From a virus: DNA of 64,000 bases. This document shows, one piece after another, positions 19,675 to 28,650 of this stretch. The stretch is from positions 10,776 to 74,775 of IMG/VR virus record IMGVR_UViG_3300027734_000055; one strand, written 5' to 3'. The notes below the pieces were generated by a model. That model had not been told where the DNA came from, ran no database searches, and was given only the letters and a program-made list of their open reading frames with translations. The translations under genes and the position numbers were made by a program. How positions within the stretch are numbered: position 1 is the stretch's first letter; each line of letters starts with the position of its first letter.

Positions 19675-21236
19675 GTTCCTAATTCCTCTCTATAAAGATC
19701 AACTAATTTTGTATGTAAATCTACTTTGCCTTGTAACATGGCATACATCTTTCGCTCTACTTCTGAACCTTGTAAATGTACTACGGTCATTTTGTTTACT
19801 TGTCCTACGCGATCCATACGAGCAATACATTGTAAATACGTTTCAACTGACATCACTGGAGACCAAAATACGACTGTGTTAGCTGCAGTTAAAGTTACAC
19901 CATGAGATGCAGATTGTGGCTGAATCACTAATACTCTTGGCTCTTCCATTGTTTGAAATTGGTTTATTATGGTAGCACGTTGTGTAGCTGATACGTCGCC
20001 TTGAATAATCTTATTAGTAATGCCTTTGTCTTCTAGATGCCTAGCCACTAATTCAATGGTGTGTCGATAAGGAACGAAGATAATAACTTTATGTTCTGTC
20101 TCGTCTATAACTTCCATTAACGCATTAAGACGTGGTTGAACATCGAACTCTAATACTTCTTTAGTATCTGTATATACAGCACCACCTGATATTTGTAATA
20201 GTTTATTTAAACCCGCCGCAGCATTAACTGCACTAATCTGTGCGCCGGCAGCTTCAATCATCATTTGTTCTTTAAGCATTTTGTAATACTTCTGAACTTG
20301 TGGTGTGAGCGGAATCTCACGTGTTGTATAAAGTACGTCAGGTAAATCTAAACAATCTGCCTTAGCAAAACGAATAGCAGGTTGTAACGCTTTGAATACT
20401 TCGTTCTTAGCATTAGGTTTAGGAACCCATTTAAATCGTGTAACTTGATACATAACTTTATCGCGCCATGCCATAGAGAATTTAGGTACGTTCTGTGGAC
20501 AAACAAGTCTTGCTAATCCATACGCATCAACAGGCGATTGAGACGCAGGTGTACCTGTCATCATCCATAGTCTTGTCTCAGGTTTAAGTAATTTAGCTAG
20601 GGTCTTCCAACGCGTAGTAGACGGACTCTTATATGCATTAGCTTCGTCGATAACAATTAAATCAAATCCACCTTTTATAATATCGTCTTTAACAATTGCC
20701 ACACCGTCGTAATTAATAATTACAAATTCGTATGGGCCTTCTATAACTTTAGTTCTTTTAGCTGCGGGGCCATGAGCCACTGCAACGGATCTATGCATAG
20801 CCGTATTTAAAATATCAGCTTGCCAAGCAGAATACATAATCGATAAAGGGCATATTACTAAAACTCTTTTAATAATCTTTTGGGTCATCAAATAATCTGC
20901 AGCCCAGATGACAGAAGAAGTTTTACCTGTACCTGCTTCGTTAAAACAGAATGCACGATGATTAATACTTAAGAATTCAGAAGTTACACGTTGATGATCA
21001 AAAGGTTTATAAAGACCTGGATAGTTATAATCACGTTTGATTGGTGAAGGTAAATTGTTTCGGAAAGAAACAATCTGGTTGAGTCTAGTCATCTCTGGAA
21101 CATCCCAGAATATAACCATCTCAGCTAAGTTACCATTGCGCTCTACAACCTCAGACTTAGCAATGTTATCTGTAATATGCGGAACGATGTGTTCCGGTAC
21201 TGTAATTTTTAATGCGGTGTTTTGTATGATTTCCAT
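19671..21236 (-). CDS. SNF2-family (SF2) helicase
   Basis: EAGTGKT, IDEA, MTGTP, HGVTLTAA and ARMDRVGQ motifs. Likely start is ATG 21236 (MEIIQ) rather than 21254. Confidence 0.9.
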   Translation of the reverse strand: MEIIQNTALKITVPEHIVPHITDNIAKSEVVERNGNLAEMVIFWDVPEMTRLNQIVSFRNNLPSPIKRDYNYPGLYKPFDHQRVTSEFLSINHRAFCFNEAGTGKTSSVIWAADYLMTQKIIKRVLVICPLSIMYSAWQADILNTAMHRSVAVAHGPAAKRTKVIEGPYEFVIINYDGVAIVKDDIIKGGFDLIVIDEANAYKSPSTTRWKTLAKLLKPETRLWMMTGTPASQSPVDAYGLARLVCPQNVPKFSMAWRDKVMYQVTRFKWVPKPNAKNEVFKALQPAIRFAKADCLDLPDVLYTTREIPLTPQVQKYYKMLKEQMMIEAAGAQISAVNAAAGLNKLLQISGGAVYTDTKEVLEFDVQPRLNALMEVIDETEHKVIIFVPYRHTIELVARHLEDKGITNKIIQGDVSATQRATIINQFQTMEEPRVLVIQPQSASHGVTLTAANTVVFWSPVMSVETYLQCIARMDRVGQVNKMTVVHLQGSEVERKMYAMLQGKVDLHTKLVDLYREELGT

Positions 21237-21242
21237 TCTAGT

Positions 21243-21270
21243 ATAGTAACACAACTAGATATCATGTCAA
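21243..21270 (-). promoter_or_regulatory. Sigma70-type promoter TTGACA-N16-TACTAT
   Basis: tgtcaa at 21265-21270 and atagta at 21243-21248 on the plus strand. Confidence 0.55.
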
Positions 21271-21284
21271 GTATTAATTTACTA

Positions 21285-21872
21285 TTATTTAATTATAAAA
21301 TTAAATCCAATACTTATTCTATCTTCTTCTGAATTATTATTATCTACTCCATGAGGTATCCAAGCAGGGAACAATATTATTTTATTTGCTTTAGGTTTAT
21401 ATCTTATGTTTTGGTACGTATTTCTATTATTGTTATCTAAGAACATACCATACAGCGCCTCTAATTTAGCGTCGTTATAAAATATAATATCCCCACTATG
21501 TTCATTAACATTAACATAATATACTCCAGATAATACTGCTTGGGGGTGTGTATGAGTTTGGTTGGAACTGTTTTTAGGGTTTATGTTTATCCATGCATTT
21601 GCTAATTTTAAGTTTTGAATTACACCAAAATCTTCTACTACCATAGAAACTACCGACTTTATTTCTTTTAATAAATTAGATATATAGGGTCTTTTTTTAT
21701 CTATAAATATATCGTCACTTTGCCATCCATTTATATTAGATTTTATGCATCCTTCGCTATTTAATTGTTCTTTATAGCATTCTTCTTTTATTAAATTTGG
21801 GTTGATTTGTGTTTCAGGAAAATCAAAAAACCAAATAGGCGTGGCCCACCAATCTTCTCTTTTAATTTGCAT
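21285..21872 (-). CDS. 2OG-Fe(II) oxygenase (TIGR02466-like)
   Basis: WININ...HTHP..LSGVYY...FPAWIPHGV...RISIGFN. Confidence 0.85.
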   Translation of the reverse strand: MQIKREDWWATPIWFFDFPETQINPNLIKEECYKEQLNSEGCIKSNINGWQSDDIFIDKKRPYISNLLKEIKSVVSMVVEDFGVIQNLKLANAWININPKNSSNQTHTHPQAVLSGVYYVNVNEHSGDIIFYNDAKLEALYGMFLDNNNRNTYQNIRYKPKANKIILFPAWIPHGVDNNNSEEDRISIGFNFIIK

Positions 21873-22177
21873 TACTTTTTCTTGCGTTCTCTTTTACTTG
21901 CTTCGGACACTAAATTGTGTTTGGAATCTCTTTTAAATGATCGGTTCTTTTTAGCATCTTGGACGAAATATCCATCCTTGTTTGAACCACCCTTGTCAAG
22001 AGCTTTTTTGTGGGATACATCTTTACCTTCTCTAATTTCTGCTGTATGGTCTTTGTCTTTAGGACTATCAAAATATTTCTTATCGATTGCACGACGTGCA
22101 CGTTGACGCTCCATCCGTTTTTTATGTTCTAACGGGGAGTCTTTATAGATAGGTCTTGGTTTATTAACGAAAGGCAT
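21872..22177 (-). CDS. Small basic HNH-like protein
   Basis: GKDVSHKKALDKGGSN....N motif. Confidence 0.6.
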   Translation of the reverse strand: MPFVNKPRPIYKDSPLEHKKRMERQRARRAIDKKYFDSPKDKDHTAEIREGKDVSHKKALDKGGSNKDGYFVQDAKKNRSFKRDSKHNLVSEASKRERKKK

Positions 22178-22189
22178 AGCGCTATTATA

Positions 22190-22846
22190 TCATCCTTGGT
22201 TAAAGTCACAAGACTTAACAGGGCAGAACCTGCATAAAGGCGTATAGTTAGGCGGCCAACTGTTTGTTTCGTATGAATTATTTAATCTTTCTAGTGGACC
22301 CTTAAACTTTTCCCAAGATTTGTCAATATCTTTTCTATCATATTCTTCTGTAATAAATGAATTGTGCATCACAAATAATAAACCTGCTTTAATTTTATTT
22401 ACTTGTGGGAAGTGGGCAAATGTCATAAGAGACATCAGTCTTAATTGTTTAGGATCGGGATACTTATTACTACCAGTTTTATAATCGACAATAAAAGCAT
22501 AGTCTCCATCCACAATAAGCAAGTCAACAATACCGCGTACCCAACGCTTTGGATCTCCAAAATCACATACGGTTTTATCTTCGTATAGCGCCATTTCATA
22601 CTCTGCATACTTTGTGCCAGGGATTGCAATAAGGCTATCAGCTGCAGCTTTAAATCTAAGGTAATTGGTTGCAAGTTCTTTACCATCTTTAACGTAGTCT
22701 TCCAAAGCTTTATGAACTTCTGTTCCATATTTCATTTGCTCCGAAGGAATGATTTCATAATTCTGTACAACTTTAATTTCATAATATTGCTTAGGACAAT
22801 TTTGATATTGTTTAAGCGACGAGAAAGACCATGTAAAGTCAGCCAT
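22190..22846 (-). CDS. PD-(D/E)xK exonuclease (phage Cas4-like/RecB-type)
   Basis: WSFSSL...CP, GIVDLL...VDYKTG and C-terminal LCRFCPVKSC. Confidence 0.85.
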   Translation of the reverse strand: MADFTWSFSSLKQYQNCPKQYYEIKVVQNYEIIPSEQMKYGTEVHKALEDYVKDGKELATNYLRFKAAADSLIAIPGTKYAEYEMALYEDKTVCDFGDPKRWVRGIVDLLIVDGDYAFIVDYKTGSNKYPDPKQLRLMSLMTFAHFPQVNKIKAGLLFVMHNSFITEEYDRKDIDKSWEKFKGPLERLNNSYETNSWPPNYTPLCRFCPVKSCDFNQG

Positions 22847-23013
22847 TAGTCTTCTTTCTTTTGAACTTCGCCAGTTGATTTATTTAATTCATATTCAGTT
22901 TCTTCGGGTTTCTTTTTACGGAAAATCAAATCAAAGTTTTTTTCAAACATTTCATTGTTTGGTTTACTATGCAACCAATCCCCTGTTGATTCATTTCTTG
23001 CTGTCTTTTTCAT
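22846..23013 (-). CDS. Small hypothetical protein (55 aa, not in ORF track)
   Basis: Hand-translated MKKTARNESTGDWLHSKPNNEMFEKNFDLIFRKKK...; GGAGG Shine-Dalgarno upstream; stop overlaps the next start. Confidence 0.6.
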   Translation of the reverse strand: MKKTARNESTGDWLHSKPNNEMFEKNFDLIFRKKKPEETEYELNKSTGEVQKKED

Positions 23014-23416
23014 ATATACCTCCGTATGTTTTTAATATCCAATTTGCAAATTTAATAAGTTCTTCTGGTGATGCATTACCTTTCATTGTATTAGCTTGAT
23101 GACTAATAACTTGAATATTTCCTTTTGTGTACCCTTTAGTATTGTCTATCCTATCTATGGAAGGAGAATTATTATGTGGTCCTGATCGTACATCTACGCA
23201 CTTATGTCTAATAATCTCTATATCTAATATAGGACACGTAGTAGGGATCTCAACATCTATAGCTTCTATATTAAATTCTAACCCCCGTTTAATTGCTCTT
23301 TGTCTAGCGCCATTCATCAATACTCTATGAGGGTACTTTAGCCTCCATGCTTTAACTCTTGCATAGATTTTGTCTTTATTCTTTTCTCTATATAGCTTTT
23401 TACTAGGGTGCTCCAT
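22991..23416 (-). CDS. HNH-type endonuclease
   Basis: CPIL...SPSIDRIDNTKGYTKGNIQVIS..AN..K. Confidence 0.8.
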   Translation of the reverse strand: MEHPSKKLYREKNKDKIYARVKAWRLKYPHRVLMNGARQRAIKRGLEFNIEAIDVEIPTTCPILDIEIIRHKCVDVRSGPHNNSPSIDRIDNTKGYTKGNIQVISHQANTMKGNASPEELIKFANWILKTYGGIYEKDSKK

Positions 23417-23418
23417 AA

Positions 23419-24042
23419 TTATCCAAAGAACCTTTCTATTACTACATTACTTTTCCGTAGATTCCAATTTGCAGGAACTACTTGTATATTATTAGGTACA
23501 TGTAATCCTGAAATAATTGTACCTCTTAATGGGATAATATGATCTACATGCCAATCAAATCCAAACATATTACTCCTAATATGAGCTAACTCGTATGCAT
23601 TTTCTAGTATCCATAGATCATCTTTAGATAACCATTTAGGTGTTCGATTACATTTATCTGCCCTACGTTTACCCCAACGAGCCCTAAATTTTTCTTTATT
23701 TTCTTTTCTATATTCTTTATCACGCGCTAATTTTTTATCTTTATGTTTTATATACTGCTCTTTGCTTCTGGCTAATATTTTTTCTTTATTTTCTTTGTAT
23801 TGTTTTTTCCTTCTAGCTAATATTTTTTCTTTATTTTCGTCATACCATTCTTTATTTTTCCGGCAAAGTTCTTCTCTATTATTTTGATAAAGCACTTTGT
23901 TTTTTGCTGATATTATTTCTTTATACTTTTCATTATACTTTTCTCTATACGCTTTTATTTTTTCAGGATTATTTATACGCCATTTTTTCTTATACCCTTT
24001 TATTTTTTCCTTTTTACTAGCACTCTCCATAACTCGCTCCAT
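23419..24042 (-). CDS. HNH endonuclease with basic repeats
   Basis: Lys/Glu repeats (ENKEKILAR) and WHVDHIIPLRG..SGLHVPNN....N..KSN. Confidence 0.8.
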   Translation of the reverse strand: MERVMESASKKEKIKGYKKKWRINNPEKIKAYREKYNEKYKEIISAKNKVLYQNNREELCRKNKEWYDENKEKILARRKKQYKENKEKILARSKEQYIKHKDKKLARDKEYRKENKEKFRARWGKRRADKCNRTPKWLSKDDLWILENAYELAHIRSNMFGFDWHVDHIIPLRGTIISGLHVPNNIQVVPANWNLRKSNVVIERFFG

Positions 24043-25882
24043 GATTAGCTTCGCACGCTACGGGTAGCCCTGTTGCCCAACTAGGAGGTGTAGACATAGT
24101 GGACGTTATGAAGGAGAGGGCTTCTTCCACTTCTGTCTCAGGAACAACATTGACTACCGCATCGTGAACAGTAAGCACAGGTCGATACTTCTTATTAATT
24201 TCTATCATCTGTTCTCCTACAATAATACGAGCTAGCGCTTGTACCACATTCTCAACTACAGATCCACCCCAAATTGATATCATGCCCCGTCTTGACTTAT
24301 ATACAAATTTAGACTTAGCTTCTGATACATCCCATGTAAGGCCAGGATAGTATATGTACAATCCGTTTGGTAATCTTATGCCTTTTGGTGTTACGAGTAA
24401 AGCATTATGTGCATCCAAATAATAAGGCTTTTTATCTTTAGGCCACGCAGCCATAGTCTGCAATGCTTCATCGCAAGTTTTCCATAAGTCAATCACCTTG
24501 TTATTAACTTCCCGATAAACCCCTACAAGGCGCTTACATTCTTGCTCATCCATAACAACACCGGCTGATATCTTTAATGTCTGTTGTAATTTGGCTGCCC
24601 CTGTACCGTAGCCTAGGCCTAGAATACAAGTCTTACCTACTGCACGTTCAGTCTTATTCTCTTTTGTAATTTGTTTGTTGTAAACTTTAGAAGCAAACTC
24701 ACTATAAACATCTCGGCCTTCTTCATACCATTTAACAATATCGTTCTGCCCAGCTAACCAAACTAAGACTCTAGCCTCGATCTGAGAGGAGTCACAGTTA
24801 ATGACTTGATGTCCTTCAGGGGCTACGATTGCATTCTTTAATGCTTTCTTTTTCTTGTCTCGTGCAGGTAAGTTTTGGAAGTTAACTTTATCTGATCCTG
24901 CCCATCGCCCTGTATGAGCGCCATAGTATTTCAATGGGATAGGTAGTTTGCCTTTGTTACGAGCACCAATACCTAAGAATCTTTCAATACGGGATTCTTC
25001 TATAGTTGATTTAGTACCCAACCTAACTCGGCAAAGTTCTTGAATATAGGGATCTTCGTGTTCACATAAATCTAAAAAGCCTTGGTCCCCTTTAGCTAAA
25101 GCAAACGTATCCTTGCCTGTCGCAGGACTTACCTTAAGTGGCACAGTAACACCTAGTTCTTGAAGGATCTCGGCAAACTGTTTATTACTAGCGAGCTTGC
25201 CTCTCACACATTCTTCTGTATCACATTCTAATCTTGTCATCAGGCCTTTTAATAGTTCTGACTTTTCTGCCTGTACTTCTTCTAACCTAGCTTGTAATAA
25301 GGCGTCGTCGACTTCTAGGACTGGCTCTGTATACATGCGTAATGTTAAATCAATTAACTTAATTTCATTCTCTGGAAACTCAGGGGCTAAGATTTGAAAT
25401 AGCTTATACGTAAGTTCTACGTCGTTCTTACAGTATTCGCCATACTGGGAAAGGTCTTGGATAGAAAAGTTTTCTAGTCGTTTACCCTTGGCATCAATAA
25501 CTTCTGTACCCTTACGGCCTAGATTGTATTTCTCCACAAGAAAAGCGAGACTTCCGCCCACGTCCACGCCATGCACAGCTCGTGCCATAGATAGCGTATC
25601 CAAATAGATAGCAGGAATGATATTAAAAATGAATGAAAGAATACCTCCGTCGAACTGCGTGTTGTGGCATAAGAGGACAGACTCTTTCCAATTGATTTGA
25701 TCAAGTTCTTGTTTGATTGCATTGTGAGTTCCTGTAATCCATCGTGACTCCCCATCATCAATCTTAATACCTACGCCGATGACTTGGAATCTTGGATCTC
25801 TAATATATTCTTCCGTGGTTAAACCTGAAAGAGAAAAACCTACATCGTAGTAGGTCTCAAAATCTAGTGTAATTAATTGCAT
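24017..25882 (-). CDS. polA: DNA polymerase family A with 3'-5' exonuclease
   Basis: LDFETYY (ExoI), DSSQIEARV (motif A), RAVGKTCILGLGYG (motif B), TVHDAV (motif C). Confidence 0.93.
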   Translation of the reverse strand: MQLITLDFETYYDVGFSLSGLTTEEYIRDPRFQVIGVGIKIDDGESRWITGTHNAIKQELDQINWKESVLLCHNTQFDGGILSFIFNIIPAIYLDTLSMARAVHGVDVGGSLAFLVEKYNLGRKGTEVIDAKGKRLENFSIQDLSQYGEYCKNDVELTYKLFQILAPEFPENEIKLIDLTLRMYTEPVLEVDDALLQARLEEVQAEKSELLKGLMTRLECDTEECVRGKLASNKQFAEILQELGVTVPLKVSPATGKDTFALAKGDQGFLDLCEHEDPYIQELCRVRLGTKSTIEESRIERFLGIGARNKGKLPIPLKYYGAHTGRWAGSDKVNFQNLPARDKKKKALKNAIVAPEGHQVINCDSSQIEARVLVWLAGQNDIVKWYEEGRDVYSEFASKVYNKQITKENKTERAVGKTCILGLGYGTGAAKLQQTLKISAGVVMDEQECKRLVGVYREVNNKVIDLWKTCDEALQTMAAWPKDKKPYYLDAHNALLVTPKGIRLPNGLYIYYPGLTWDVSEAKSKFVYKSRRGMISIWGGSVVENVVQALARIIVGEQMIEINKKYRPVLTVHDAVVNVVPETEVEEALSFITSTMSTPPSWATGLPVACEANHGASYGEC

Positions 25883-26502
25883 TTAAAGTGGTAATTTCCT
25901 GAAACTGATATTCTGTATTTGTCTGAGGTATAAAATGGATAAACTGTATGATTCATTGCGGCAGGAAATACTAATACTTTATTTCTATAGGTTTTATCCG
26001 CGGGTATTTGTTCACCTATTATTTTTCCCATAGAATTAATATATGTAAATGCAAAATGTCCGGGGACTGGGCTAACGGCATTAATAACAGCTTCTCTAGC
26101 CATTTCATCTTCCATGGAGTATGGAATTTCTAACCAAATGACAAAACTATATATCCCTGTATGTGAATGCATCGGATTAAACTCATACTTTTTTTGAAAG
26201 TTTATCCACACTTTATCTAGTCCGATAGGTACATCCTTAGATAGCATTTCAAAACTGTTTGTATAATTAAAATAAGAATCGTATTGAGTAATTAACGGCG
26301 CTATTAAATTATGCACGTGGTCTACAGATTTTTCTAATAAATATTCTTTTTCTATATTTCCTACTAAGTATTTATTATGAGGTTTTGCTTTACTAAAATT
26401 AGACATAATCTCATCAGCTTCATCTCGAACAGGTTTTAATTCTTCGTCAGTAAATTGAGATGTTAAATACCCAATATTATTAAATGTCATTAATGTGGTC
26501 AT
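25873..26502 (-). CDS. 2OG-Fe(II) oxygenase
   Basis: WINFQ..EFNPMHSH.G.YSFVIW...FPAAMNHTVYPF...RISVSGN. Confidence 0.8.
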   Translation of the reverse strand: MTTLMTFNNIGYLTSQFTDEELKPVRDEADEIMSNFSKAKPHNKYLVGNIEKEYLLEKSVDHVHNLIAPLITQYDSYFNYTNSFEMLSKDVPIGLDKVWINFQKKYEFNPMHSHTGIYSFVIWLEIPYSMEDEMAREAVINAVSPVPGHFAFTYINSMGKIIGEQIPADKTYRNKVLVFPAAMNHTVYPFYTSDKYRISVSGNYHFKCN

Positions 26503-26510
26503 ATAATTGG

Positions 26511-26584
26511 TGGGCTACTTGCGGTTTATAATAGCAAAAATACCGTCTAAGAACTTTAACATATATAAAAAGTGCGTTCGCCCA
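26511..26584 (-). ncRNA. Candidate structured RNA with loop-E (GAA/AGUA) module
   Basis: Minus strand UGGGC-GAA...AGUA-GCCCA closes two inner hairpins (ACUUU/AAAGU and CGGU/ACCG); intergenic. Confidence 0.4.
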
Positions 26585-26590
26585 GTAACT

Positions 26591-26884
26591 TTATAGTATC
26601 GACAACACTACCACGAACACGAAGAATAATCCAAGCATAATTCTGTTGGTCAGCTTCTCATCTTTTTCTATTTGGTCTTCGCTTTGATATATCCCGCCCC
26701 ATGCTTCTCGTGCTGAACGAGGTGTAGGTTTACTTACTGTATCGGGTCTAAAAAAGTGAATTCCTTTTCTAGCGTTCTTGCGAAATACTTTTAGCTGTTC
26801 ATGGTTAAACACTTCATAGTCTGCTGTTACCATAACTTTCCTCCTATTATGTTTAATTTTACTTCTTGTATCTTTGGTATTCAT
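26591..26884 (-). CDS. Hypothetical protein with C-terminal transmembrane helix
   Basis: TPRSAREAW motif and hydrophobic C-terminus. Confidence 0.5.
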   Translation of the reverse strand: MNTKDTRSKIKHNRRKVMVTADYEVFNHEQLKVFRKNARKGIHFFRPDTVSKPTPRSAREAWGGIYQSEDQIEKDEKLTNRIMLGLFFVFVVVLSIL

Positions 26885-27080
26885 CTCTACACTCTATTGA
26901 GCACCAACGCTTTTGATCTTTAACTTTATCACCACACCATATACATTGTCCAGTACTATTTACAATCTTATGGGCTTCGGCTGACGCATTGTGGATTGCC
27001 ACGTCTGTCGCGTGTTGCATACAGTCATTGGCGCGGTCTATGTCATCGTCCATGGTAATACTCTTTATTTCTCTCGCCAC
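26859..27080 (-). CDS. TraR/DksA-like C4 zinc-finger protein
   Basis: DDIDRA (DxxDxA) tip motif and CIWC...WCSIECRD. Confidence 0.7.
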   Translation of the reverse strand: MAREIKSITMDDDIDRANDCMQHATDVAIHNASAEAHKIVNSTGQCIWCGDKVKDQKRWCSIECRDEYQRYKK

Positions 27081-27261
27081 GTGGGGTAGGTGGCGGTAAG
27101 GTTATAAGCCCCTGTAACTCTAAATACTTTAGTCTATGGGGGTTTGTTATGCAACCCTGTATAATAAGTTTTCTTGTTGCATTCGGATTGGCTTTGATGT
27201 ATGCATTTATCTTTTTGGCCTGTCTCGCATCGTCTAACTTGGTATACATTAAAATAAACAC
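27043..27261 (-). CDS. Hypothetical protein
   Basis: 72-aa ORF in the operon. Confidence 0.45.
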   Translation of the reverse strand: MFILMYTKLDDARQAKKINAYIKANPNATRKLIIQGCITNPHRLKYLELQGLITLPPPTPRGERNKEYYHGR

Positions 27262-27434
27262 TCACCTACTAATGCCATCAAGTCTTCCTTAACTTCAATT
27301 GGTTTATCTAGTTTGACTACGTTCTTACCTTGATCTTTGTGCCACTTAGCTTCGCGAACAGACCAACGATATTGGCGTATAACTTCGCCATCACTATCTA
27401 CTACTGCGTAACTAAAAGGAATCATGCGTCCCAC
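27249..27434 (-). CDS. Hypothetical protein
   Basis: 61-aa ORF in the operon. Confidence 0.45.
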   Translation of the reverse strand: MGRMIPFSYAVVDSDGEVIRQYRWSVREAKWHKDQGKNVVKLDKPIEVKEDLMALVGECLF

Positions 27435-27698
27435 CTTGTTTTAAAATGCCACCACATTTTTCTAAACTTTGTCATTTCATTATCGAATCGTTTTCGTTTA
27501 TCAGAGCCTCTCATTTTAAACCACCGTCTTAATAATAACTTACCACCTACTCTTTTAGCGCCGAATACAATCATTTCTTTTCTACTTGTTGCGTTTGTTC
27601 TTTAGGTTGTTCTTTATTAAAATCAGGTGCATATGTTGCTACCCAACACGCGACCCATATAGCAGTTAACCATCCGATTACGTCCATCACCTATCTCC

Positions 27699-28190
27699 TT
27701 AAAAGTAGTTTATGTTTATATTTACTCTTGTTTTTTTGTCTGTGCAATAATAAGAATTATGCATTTTATGTGATTCAAATAATAATATTCTATTTTCTAC
27801 CGACTCTATCTCTGTACCGTCATCAAGAGTGGTAGGTCCGTTATTTGTATTAATATAATATATGGCACCTTTATGTTCGTAAGGATAATCCGTGTGCTCA
27901 ATATCTTGTATATGATGTCCTATGTTTGGATATAAGTTGCTTTTTATTTTTATCAAAGCCTTTATATCTAATTTTGAAATTAATGGATCTAATACCGATA
28001 AAAATGCGCTATTAGGGGCGTTGTTTTTATAAAATATGTGACAAAAATAGAATACTTTTTCTAACTCTACATTTAGATAAGTAACATCAGGGTGATAAAA
28101 CCATGGAAAATCTTTATTGTGCATTAACATGTCTCTGATGGATTCAAAATCCTTCTTCGGTAAAAAATTATCTATTACTTTATATTTCAT
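27699..28190 (-). CDS. 2OG-Fe(II) oxygenase (prolyl-hydroxylase-like)
   Basis: VIDNFL, HTD, AIYYINTNNG.T, NRILLF...H, RVNININYF. Confidence 0.8.
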   Translation of the reverse strand: MKYKVIDNFLPKKDFESIRDMLMHNKDFPWFYHPDVTYLNVELEKVFYFCHIFYKNNAPNSAFLSVLDPLISKLDIKALIKIKSNLYPNIGHHIQDIEHTDYPYEHKGAIYYINTNNGPTTLDDGTEIESVENRILLFESHKMHNSYYCTDKKTRVNININYF

Positions 28191-28199
28191 ACATATCCT

Positions 28200-28409
28200 T
28201 TAAAAACTTCTTTGTTCAAAACATTCTAGGTGTGACTTAACATAGAAGTTAGGTCTAATCTCTTCGTAGAGTTCCCCTTCCACGCATTTGAGATTCATGC
28301 TGTATTTCTTTTGAGTGTGTGCGTATTGCATCACTGCCCATGTTAAACAACATCCAATAATAAATCCTACGACTGCAAACCCTGTGCCTTCATATTTATT
28401 AGAGTCCAT
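28200..28409 (-). CDS. Small membrane protein
   Basis: N-terminal transmembrane segment. Confidence 0.5.
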   Translation of the reverse strand: MDSNKYEGTGFAVVGFIIGCCLTWAVMQYAHTQKKYSMNLKCVEGELYEEIRPNFYVKSHLECFEQRSF

Positions 28410-28650
28410 TGTATGCCTCCATCATTTTTTGTGTTGATTCTTTATAACTCTTAACGCCTGTAATCTTCTCTGCTTTCGATTCATCTTTGTAGAGAGGGGT
28501 TAGAACGATGTTATGTTTCTTGGTTGGCAAATCGCGAATCCAAGATAACTCTGTCGGCCTAAATTGTGAGATCGATGACCATACTAAGTCACCGTCATTA
28601 TTAAATTCTTCTATCGACCATGCGTATGGTTGTTTAAGGGTTTCTTGCAT
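28399..28650 (-). CDS. Hypothetical protein
   Basis: 83-aa ORF with PYAW...PLY pattern. Confidence 0.5.
   Translation of the reverse strand: MQETLKQPYAWSIEEFNNDGDLVWSSISQFRPTELSWIRDLPTKKHNIVLTPLYKDESKAEKITGVKSYKESTQKMMEAYNGL

Noticed and set aside
22190-22846. Cas4/CRISPR system
   Set aside because: No repeat-spacer array or other cas genes were seen; this is the usual stand-alone phage PD-(D/E)xK exonuclease.
26511-26584. tRNA or hammerhead ribozyme
   Set aside because: No T-loop/D-loop cloverleaf and no CUGANGA core; retained only as an unclassified structured RNA candidate.
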